A stretch of 64,000 nt of DNA from an uncultured Erysipelotrichaceae bacterium (lineage in GTDB: Bacteria; Bacillota_I; Bacilli_A; RFN20; CAG-826). The position numbers were made by a program, and so were the translations under genes. Shown here piece by piece: positions 57,352-64,000 of this stretch (positions are counted from its first letter, which is position 1; each line of letters starts with the position of its first letter). Where the stretch lies: the NCBI GenBank assembly GCA_902802355.1, contig CADCLU010000006.1, positions 31,759-95,758 on the forward strand, read 5' to 3'. The notes under the pieces were generated by a model. The model saw only the letters and a program-made list of their open reading frames with translations. It had not been told where the DNA came from and did not search any database.

Positions 57352-58331
57352 AAGGAGAAATTGGCTAAGAATAAGTTAAAGGCGAGATCTTCGTCGACTT
57401 TACCAGTCATGACGCCGAGTTCGGCTTGATAAAGATCCTCGATAGCCTTCTCAAGGCATTTGTCGCTCATCTTACGAACGGAATACAAAGAAGCGTTAGC
57501 GCGGCCAAGCGAGCAGCCAAGCTCTTTGGATATCTGCTGAGGGTTCATCCCATTGTTATAAAGGTATTGAACTTCATGAAGGAAAGTCAGTTGTTTCACA
57601 AGTGCGTTCATCAAGGAAATGCCACGCGTATTGTTGACTTTCAAATCATTGTAAACATTTAGGGCTTTCTTTTTATCGCCTCTAGTCAAGGCGTTGCTAA
57701 GCTCGAACATGTTCTCTTCAAGAGGCTTGCTGACAAGCATCTCGACGGTTTGTTTCGTGATGGTTTCGCCGTTGGCGTAAGTCACAAGCTTCATGGCTTC
57801 GTTAAGGAAAGCCGAGTAGTCATTATTCACTCTCAAGATGAGTTCTTTGACTGCATCAGCATTGATTTTGGTATTGCGTTTTTCGAAGAAGTTATTAACG
57901 ACGACCGGCCATTGATCTGGTCCGAAGGAATTGACGACAGTGAACTTCGCTCCTCCTTCTTTTAAAGCTTTGAAGAAGTCGCCATTCTCGTCCAGCGCTT
58001 CTGAATAGACCAAAATGTAAAGACAGATATTTGGGTCAGGTTTTTTGAAAAAGGTAAGAAGATCGTCAGCAACATCACCCTTTTGAGGCTTCTGTTTGGT
58101 CTTCGTTTTTTCTAGATAGAAGAAGTTCTCGGCGACGACCGCTTTCTTGTCGTAACCAAGAGGCAATGATTCGCATTCGTTGGCTAAATCGATGAGACGT
58201 TCTTTGCCCATGTCGAGCTCGACATAGTTCATCTCATCGCGTTCAGGAAGTTCGTTTTTGAGGACTTTCCTTAGAGCGGTTTTGCACATGCTGCTCTGAG
58301 GATTGTAGATAACTTGAATCATTTGATTCAT
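57348..58331 (-). CDS. holA: DNA polymerase III delta subunit
   Basis: 327 aa, positioned after comEC as in Bacillus, with a delta-like three-domain helical C-terminus. Sequence support is weaker than positional support. Confidence 0.75.
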   Translation of the reverse strand: MNQMIQVIYNPQSSMCKTALRKVLKNELPERDEMNYVELDMGKERLIDLANECESLPLGYDKKAVVAENFFYLEKTKTKQKPQKGDVADDLLTFFKKPDPNICLYILVYSEALDENGDFFKALKEGGAKFTVVNSFGPDQWPVVVNNFFEKRNTKINADAVKELILRVNNDYSAFLNEAMKLVTYANGETITKQTVEMLVSKPLEENMFELSNALTRGDKKKALNVYNDLKVNNTRGISLMNALVKQLTFLHEVQYLYNNGMNPQQISKELGCSLGRANASLYSVRKMSDKCLEKAIEDLYQAELGVMTGKVDEDLAFNLFLANFSL

Positions 58332-58352
58332 TATAACGCATTAAAGTCTGCT

Positions 58353-60443
58353 TTAGTTGCCTGAGAACAACAAATTCTGACGATAAGTAATCGATCCTTC
58401 GACATCGGTCCTTCTAACCTTGATTCCAAGGCGATCGAACCTAGCCAAAACCTTGTCGCTAGGGTGTCCATAAGAGTTCTTTTTACCAACAGACAGGATG
58501 GCCACTTCTGGCGTGACACATTTCAGGAACTCCTCACAAGATGAGGTGTCGCTTCCATGATGCCCCGCTTTTAGGATGTCACAGTCGAGATCTGGATGTT
58601 CTTTGATTATCTGTCGTTCAAGAGCCTCCGGAGCGTCGCCCATAAAAAGCCATTTCTTGTTCATAAACTCTAGGGACAAGACCAAAGAGTTGTTGTTTTC
58701 CTCCTTGGTGTCTCTATCGTTTTCGTTATAGTTGATGAACCTTAAATCTCCGATGGTTAGTGGAAAACTGCTTTTATCTCGGATGATGTGTTTAATGTTG
58801 TAGTTTTTCTTTAAGGACTCTAGAGCGCCTGAGTGATCCGCGTCTCCGTGAGTGATGATAACATAATCGAGTTTTGAAACCCTTTGCCCTCTGAGGAAAG
58901 GGATATCTACCTCTTTCGCCATGTCAAACGAGGTGTTTCCACCGGTGTCTATGAGAACAGTTTTGTTCTGGTTCCTAATGAAGATGCAGTCGCCTTGACC
59001 GACGTTTAGGAAAGTCACTTGATTGCTAGCGTAGTTCACAAACGGGCAAACATCGATGATAAACGCCACAACTCCAGCCAAAGGAACGATCTGAGCCAAA
59101 AGAGTTTTTCCTTGATCCTTGATAATGAAGAATATGGCTAAGCCGTAATAATAAATGAATGTCGTTAAATCATTGAATTGTCCGACCGTTACTACCAAAT
59201 CAAAGTTTTCCAGAAATTGAAGAGTGCCGTTCAAGAAAGACGAACAGACATTCAAAACGCTGACGAACGGAAGGCTGATGAAACTTAGATAACCTAGCGC
59301 TGCAAACGGTCCAACGAGAGGTATGAGCATTGCGCTGTATAAAGGCCCCATTACATGAAAAGCGTTCCCTTTGATGAATAAAGGCGCCAAGAACACCAGA
59401 AGATAAACCGTGTCGATTGCCTTTCTGTCTCTTCGTTTGTATCTGACCCTATTTCCGGCGGTCAGCATCATAAAGATCGATAAGCCAAACCCTATGAGAT
59501 AGCCACTTTGCAGAGCGTTCCATGGGTTAAGAAGGAATAGAGCAATTCCAATAACGGATGTCCTTGTTAGAGGCGTTGTGGTCTTCCCGCTTATCGTCGA
59601 AGCTAGGGCACTAGCCCTTCCTAGGTATACGCGCCAAAAGCCTATCTTATGAATGCCAAACGGGAATAGCAATGTCGCTATGATAAACACGATGGTGTCT
59701 GCTGTTTTGTCCTTAAATCCTAGCCTAAAGAACCAATCAAGGAACCTTAGGAAGAAAGATAGGATCATGCCAGAAACGCTTAGGAATGCCAACGCGTTCA
59801 TGCTGGCGGCCAGTGCAACCGTGTCATTTGAATAATTCTTGGCCCCAAAGAGGACCGACGAGAGCAAACCCCTCGTCGGCTCTTCAAAGCTTTTAAGGAA
59901 CTTATTCTCTCTGGACGCAAGCCTTAAGGGCCTAGCGAACTTAACTTCCGTTTCATAAGCATGTAATTCATAATCGACTCCTTTTTTGTTGAGATAGCTT
60001 TCGAAGGAAAAATAACCCTCATAAGAAGTCATCTTTAAAGGGGTTGCCTTCCCTGTTATGGCCAGGAAGTCCCCTTCTTCCCTCTCGCAGTCTCTTTCAT
60101 ATACGTAATAGCGATGAAAACCGCTATCGAACAGGAAGTAGTTCTCCCTGTTCTCTATGACGATGCCTTCGTAGATCCCGTAGTCTGTGCGTGCTTTGGT
60201 CTTAGGTATGCCTAAAACAAACCCAATCAAAAGGGCAACACCCATAGTGATCATTCCGATCTTCCCTCTTTTTCTTAGAGGACAAACGAAAAGAATCAAC
60301 ACCAAAAGAGGGAGGATTACGGCAAGGCTGAAAAGGTGAAAACCAATATTGAAACCGATGATCAGACCGCTTAAAGCGAAAAGCGTCAGATAAGGTTTCA
60401 GAATCAGACCGTCAGACTTATGTACTTCTTGTTCTTTTCCCAT
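58353..60443 (-). CDS. comEC: DNA internalization channel ComEC/Rec2 with a C-terminal MBL domain
   Basis: It has a polytopic competence domain plus HGDADHSG...AGHHGS. The annotated start overlaps comEA by 40 nt, so the true start may be further downstream. Confidence 0.85.
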   Translation of the reverse strand: MGKEQEVHKSDGLILKPYLTLFALSGLIIGFNIGFHLFSLAVILPLLVLILFVCPLRKRGKIGMITMGVALLIGFVLGIPKTKARTDYGIYEGIVIENRENYFLFDSGFHRYYVYERDCEREEGDFLAITGKATPLKMTSYEGYFSFESYLNKKGVDYELHAYETEVKFARPLRLASRENKFLKSFEEPTRGLLSSVLFGAKNYSNDTVALAASMNALAFLSVSGMILSFFLRFLDWFFRLGFKDKTADTIVFIIATLLFPFGIHKIGFWRVYLGRASALASTISGKTTTPLTRTSVIGIALFLLNPWNALQSGYLIGFGLSIFMMLTAGNRVRYKRRDRKAIDTVYLLVFLAPLFIKGNAFHVMGPLYSAMLIPLVGPFAALGYLSFISLPFVSVLNVCSSFLNGTLQFLENFDLVVTVGQFNDLTTFIYYYGLAIFFIIKDQGKTLLAQIVPLAGVVAFIIDVCPFVNYASNQVTFLNVGQGDCIFIRNQNKTVLIDTGGNTSFDMAKEVDIPFLRGQRVSKLDYVIITHGDADHSGALESLKKNYNIKHIIRDKSSFPLTIGDLRFINYNENDRDTKEENNNSLVLSLEFMNKKWLFMGDAPEALERQIIKEHPDLDCDILKAGHHGSDTSSCEEFLKCVTPEVAILSVGKKNSYGHPSDKVLARFDRLGIKVRRTDVEGSITYRQNLLFSGN

Positions 60444-60961
60444 GTAGCGGCTCCGATGCCACTCACGTTCTGGATTTCTTCAAGACGATGGAACTTACCG
60501 TGTTCATTGCGGTAATTGACGAGAGACTGGGATTGACTCTCGCTTAGTGAGGTTTTCGCTAAAAGCGTGGCCTTATCGGCGCTATTGATGCACGCTTTGT
60601 CGATTGGACTGGAGTTGCAAGTGTCCGTGTTGTCGTAGATAGGCGCGATATAAAAAGCGATGTCCCCATCTAAGACAAAGGATGTGTCATAACATTTCGT
60701 ATCGGCGTTGCTCGTGACTCCGCCAGCCGCTTTGATCGCATCGAAGAGCGTACTATTGATAGGTAATAAATAGGTGCCCGCAAGCTCCACTTCCCCTGAT
60801 AATGTGACTTCGATTCCCTCAGGGTCGGAAGCGACGAGAACCTCACCGCCTTCTTCGGCGATTTCAGTCGTGATTTTGTCGACACAGGCCATAACGATCA
60901 AGGTGACAATCGTCACAGCCAAAACGATGAGTATTGTTTTGAACATAAAAAGCCTCCTCAT
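60404..60961 (-). CDS. comEA: DNA receptor ComEA (TM anchor, SLBB-like region, helix-hairpin-helix)
   Basis: The C-terminus INSADKATLL...VSGIGAATWEKNKKY is an HhH motif. There is an N-terminal TM segment. Confidence 0.85.
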   Translation of the reverse strand: MRRLFMFKTILIVLAVTIVTLIVMACVDKITTEIAEEGGEVLVASDPEGIEVTLSGEVELAGTYLLPINSTLFDAIKAAGGVTSNADTKCYDTSFVLDGDIAFYIAPIYDNTDTCNSSPIDKACINSADKATLLAKTSLSESQSQSLVNYRNEHGKFHRLEEIQNVSGIGAATWEKNKKYISLTV

Positions 60962-61023
60962 TTAATAGATAGAAGGCTTCGGTCCGATTTTTCGCAAAAC
61001 CGTGAAAATATTTTTTGAAGGCA

Positions 61024-61048
61024 CAAAAAAAGAGGCGATGTCGCCTCT
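61024..61048 (-). terminator. Rho-independent terminator after greA
   Basis: Stem AGAGGCG / CGCCTCT with a 4-nt loop. U-run on the minus strand. Confidence 0.8.
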
Positions 61049-61053
61049 AATTT

Positions 61054-61557
61054 TTATTTGTCGGAAGATTGATAGGAAACGGAGAGAATCTCGATTTCGT
61101 ATGGGATGTTGCACTCAACGGTGACTTTCTCGCCGACTTCCTTACCGATAAGGGCAGCGCCTAATGCGGATCTGCCGCTGATATATGGAATTGGACTCTT
61201 GCTGGCAAGTGGATCGACCTCGACGGTGCCAACGACTTTGACGGTGTTGACTTCGCCGCTCTTGACCTCACGGTATTCAACGGTGTGGCCGATGTTGATC
61301 TTCTTGCTCTTGCCATCTTTGGAATTAATGATGACGGCAACGTCTTTAATGTGCTGTAACTGCTCGATCTGGCCGTCGATTTCGCCTAATTTGTGCTTAG
61401 CGGCGGTATAGTCGGCGTTCTCGGAAAGGTCACCCTGTTCACGAGCGGCGACGAGAGCTTCGAGGACTTCTTTACGTTCAACGTCAAGAAGGTAGCGGTA
61501 TTTCTTTTCGACTTCATCAAGACCCGCTTGGGTCATTTCAATTTTTTCTTCTGCCAT
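61054..61557 (-). CDS. greA: Transcription elongation factor GreA
   Basis: It has a coiled-coil with GDLSENADY and the FKBP-like C-terminus. Confidence 0.93.
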   Translation of the reverse strand: MAEEKIEMTQAGLDEVEKKYRYLLDVERKEVLEALVAAREQGDLSENADYTAAKHKLGEIDGQIEQLQHIKDVAVIINSKDGKSKKINIGHTVEYREVKSGEVNTVKVVGTVEVDPLASKSPIPYISGRSALGAALIGKEVGEKVTVECNIPYEIEILSVSYQSSDK

Positions 61558-61617
61558 TTTAGTTCTCCAATTTCGCCCCTAGATTATATGGACTATGGGG
61601 CTAAGAAACAAGTTTCT

Positions 61618-61881
61618 TTATTTAATCTCCTGAATGTCAGGATCTTCCTCGTAGGTGTTGAGCATCTCCTGGGCTTCCTTCATTTCCTCTTCGGAAACGT
61701 CCATAAGCGTCTCGTGATCCTCACTGGCCATGACGATAAGACTATCTGGATCTTCTTCCTTGAAGAGGAAAAAGAAGTCCTTATTCCTGTCTGGGTTGTG
61801 GTAATAGAAATAGATCTTCCAGGTGTCTTCGGTGCCATCATCTCTGGTGATAATGACGGTGTTGTCGGTGATTTCTAGCAT
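61618..61881 (-). CDS. DUF1292 (YrzB-like) protein
   Basis: 87-aa acidic protein. It sits next to ruvX as in Bacillus. Confidence 0.75.
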   Translation of the reverse strand: MLEITDNTVIITRDDGTEDTWKIYFYYHNPDRNKDFFFLFKEEDPDSLIVMASEDHETLMDVSEEEMKEAQEMLNTYEEDPDIQEIK

Positions 61882-61893
61882 TGGATGCTCCTT

Positions 61894-62325
61894 TCATAGT
61901 GTTTTCGCGTCTGGCGAATTAAGGAATGATTCGAGGATGATGACCGCGCTTTGCTGGTCGATGACCTTGTGGCGTTTGCCACGAGAGATATCGGCTTCGA
62001 GCATCGAGCGGTTGGCCATGACGGTCGTAAGCCTTTCATCAACGAGGAAGACTTTGAGGTTTGGGTCCGCTTCAAGAAGCGATTCTTTGAAACGCTCGGA
62101 ACGGATCGCGCTATCGCCTTTGGAGCCATCCATGTTGAGAGGATAGCCAAGAGCGACTACTCCAACGTTCTCTTTCTTGAGGTACTCAAGGATGTAGGCA
62201 AGGACCTGACGATAGGCGCCTTCAGTGAAACGGTAGTTCTCACGGCCATGGGCAATACCCAAAACATCGCTGATAGCGATGCCACAGGTGCGGCTCCCTA
62301 AATCAAGCCCAAGGACCTTCTTCAT
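61894..62325 (-). CDS. ruvX: Pre-16S rRNA nuclease / Holliday-junction-resolvase-like YqgF (RuvX)
   Basis: It has GLDLGSRTCGIAISD and ...VDERLTT. Confidence 0.9.
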   Translation of the reverse strand: MKKVLGLDLGSRTCGIAISDVLGIAHGRENYRFTEGAYRQVLAYILEYLKKENVGVVALGYPLNMDGSKGDSAIRSERFKESLLEADPNLKVFLVDERLTTVMANRSMLEADISRGKRHKVIDQQSAVIILESFLNSPDAKTL

Positions 62326-64000
62326 CAGAAGCCCTCCTTAAGGCTTTCGACGGCCTCGATGAAACCATCGGAGGTTTTGACCTGGCCGGTAGCCATTTCC
62401 GGTCTTCCGCCACCACCGCCGCCAAGACGTTTGGCCATAGCTTTGACGATGTCGCCGGCTTTGGTTTTCTTTAAGGCTTCGCCACCGACCATGGCGACGA
62501 GAGGTCTGGCACCTTCTTTGCCGCCAAGAAGAACTAAGACATAGTCTTTCTTATTGGCTTTGAGGGTATCGGCTAACGTAAGAAGGTCGTCTCTCGAGGC
62601 TCCTTCTTTGACTTCTTTGATGAATGCGATTCCGTTGACGCTGTCGACGTTTTTCTCCATCTCTTTCGCTTCAAGCGCGGCGATCTTGGCTTTGAGCTGA
62701 TCGTTTTGCTTTCTGAGGGTTTCTTTGTCGGCCATGAGCGTCTTGATGTGACGGCTGAAGTCGGCGTCATTCGCGCCAAGTCTCTTCTCATTCTCATCAA
62801 GAAGCATGAGACGGTTGCTTAAGTAGGAATAAGCGCCAAGGCTAGTGATGGCCTCGATACGGCGGACGCCACTAGAGATAGCTTCATCAGATTTGATTAA
62901 GAATAGGCCGATTTCGCTGGTGTTTTTGACGTGGGTGCCACCGCAGAATTCTTTGGAGTACTCACCGAATTCAACGACGCGGACGGTATCGCCATACTTC
63001 TCGGCGAATTCCATCTCAGCGCCTTTCTTCTTGGCTTCCTCGATTGGAAGGACTTCGGTGACTTCTTCGATGCCCTCTTCGATTTTGGCATTAACTTCTC
63101 TTTGGAGAGCGAGCAAATCTTCGTCGCTCATCTTCTTTGGGGCGCTGTAGTCGAAACGGAGGTATTCCTCGTTGACGAAGCTGCCGCGCTGATCGACGTG
63201 CTCACCAAGGACGTTGCCTAAGGCACTGTGGAGAAGGTGGGTCGCGCTGTGGTTGCGCTCGATTAAATGACGCCTATCTTTGTCGAGGACGATTTTCACC
63301 TCATCCCCTTCTTTGATGGTGCCGTATTTCATGACGATCTCATGGAGATGCTGGCCATTTGGGGCTTTGCTGACGCTGACGATCTCGCCTTCGAAGCCTT
63401 CGCCATAGACGAAGCCTTTATCGCTGACCTGACCGCCCATCTCGGCATAGAATGGGGTCTCACCGAAGATGGCCTCGCCTTCTTCATCTAAAGATGAAAC
63501 GCGGACGCCGTCTTTGAATAGGCCTAAGGCCTTGGTTTTGGATTCCTCTACGTCGTAGCGGAATTCACTTCTATCTTTGAAGGCCATGAGGTCTTTGGAT
63601 TGTTTTTTGAAGGAGTCAATCTGGCCACGGGCCTCTTTGGCTCTCTTCCTCTGCTCTTCCATGAGAGCGTCGAAGTTGTCGAGGTCGACTTTGGCTCCGA
63701 GCTCAAGACCCATTTCTGAGGTGAGGTCTTTTGGGAAGCCATAGGTGTCATAAAGAAGGAAGGCGTCTTCACTCGAGATGGAGCCTTTCTCTTCGACGAT
63801 TTTCTTAAGTTTCTTCTCGCCGATCTGAAGGGTCTGGCTGAATTTGTTCTCCTCTCCGAGGATCATCTTCTTGACGAGGTCTTTCTTCTCAATGAGGTTT
63901 GGATAGAATTCGCCGTATTTCTCGACGACGATGTCGACGAGATTGGAAAGGAATGGGCCGTTGATGCCAAGTTTCTGGCCATAGCGCATGGCACGGCGGG
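62325..64000 (-). CDS. alaS: Alanyl-tRNA synthetase, C-terminal part (N-terminus outside window)
   Basis: The frame is open to the window edge. It has the editing domain (HSATHLLH), the C-Ala/DHHA1 region and the GGGGGRPEMA motif. Confidence 0.93.
   Translation of the reverse strand, partial: RRAMRYGQKLGINGPFLSNLVDIVVEKYGEFYPNLIEKKDLVKKMILGEENKFSQTLQIGEKKLKKIVEEKGSISSEDAFLLYDTYGFPKDLTSEMGLELGAKVDLDNFDALMEEQRKRAKEARGQIDSFKKQSKDLMAFKDRSEFRYDVEESKTKALGLFKDGVRVSSLDEEGEAIFGETPFYAEMGGQVSDKGFVYGEGFEGEIVSVSKAPNGQHLHEIVMKYGTIKEGDEVKIVLDKDRRHLIERNHSATHLLHSALGNVLGEHVDQRGSFVNEEYLRFDYSAPKKMSDEDLLALQREVNAKIEEGIEEVTEVLPIEEAKKKGAEMEFAEKYGDTVRVVEFGEYSKEFCGGTHVKNTSEIGLFLIKSDEAISSGVRRIEAITSLGAYSYLSNRLMLLDENEKRLGANDADFSRHIKTLMADKETLRKQNDQLKAKIAALEAKEMEKNVDSVNGIAFIKEVKEGASRDDLLTLADTLKANKKDYVLVLLGGKEGARPLVAMVGGEALKKTKAGDIVKAMAKRLGGGGGGRPEMATGQVKTSDGFIEAVESLKEGF

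Noticed and set aside
58331-58519. 62-aa ORF overlapping the 3' end of comEC.
   Set aside because: It is out of frame within the well-supported comEC MBL domain and has no independent support.
1-64000. Alternative genetic code (UGA read as Trp, as in Mycoplasma and Spiroplasma).
   Set aside because: Conserved Trp positions use TGG. Several well-defined genes end at TGA (for example the GT4 gene at 36608-36610 and the C39 fragment). No conserved protein is interrupted by an in-frame TGA.

Overview
This 64-kb window is chromosomal core sequence from a low-GC Gram-positive lineage, probably a reduced-genome Bacilli, Erysipelotrichia or Mollicutes relative; that placement is inference. It uses the standard code: TGA, TAA and TAG all act as stops and Trp is TGG. 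I support about 60 protein genes. I see no rRNA, tRNA, CRISPR array, transposon or prophage. From my memory of Bacillus subtilis, gene order follows its yqh, yqe, yqf and yrr housekeeping blocks. On the plus strand: hisS-aspS, tkt, Asp23-nusB-xseAB-dxs, dinB and a Xer recombinase. On the minus strand: yqeG-yqeH-yhbY-nadD/yqeK-rsfS, parEC, efp, dnaG-sigA, glyQS-recO-era-ybeY, rpsU, rpmF, mtaB-rsmE-dnaJ-dnaK-grpE-hrcA-hemW-lepA, fmt, holA-comEC-comEA, greA and ruvX-alaS. Many genes expected between these are missing, and several neighbours are fused. The most notable points are listed here.
1. A consensus-like dif site lies in a 560-bp AT-rich gap next to the Xer gene, exactly where gene orientation switches from plus to minus. 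This is a probable replication terminus.
2. A primary sigma factor (SigA) is fused in frame to the tRNA m1A22 methyltransferase TrmK.
3. A C39 peptidase plus ABC-type membrane domain gene has no ATPase and carries a frameshift. It is embedded in the rpsU-ybeY-era block.
4. A catalytically degenerate Fic/wHTH protein appears to have a leaderless promoter.
5. A PD-(D/E)xK nuclease is fused to an XPD/DinG-type Fe-S helicase.
6. An adenylate-forming enzyme is fused to its own carrier domain.
7. An unannotated L33-like mini-ORF ends inside a terminator hairpin.
8. A roughly 170-nt structured RNA candidate could not be assigned to any family.
No computations (GC skew, folding energies, database searches) were run. 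All calls come from reading the sequence and the ORF track.
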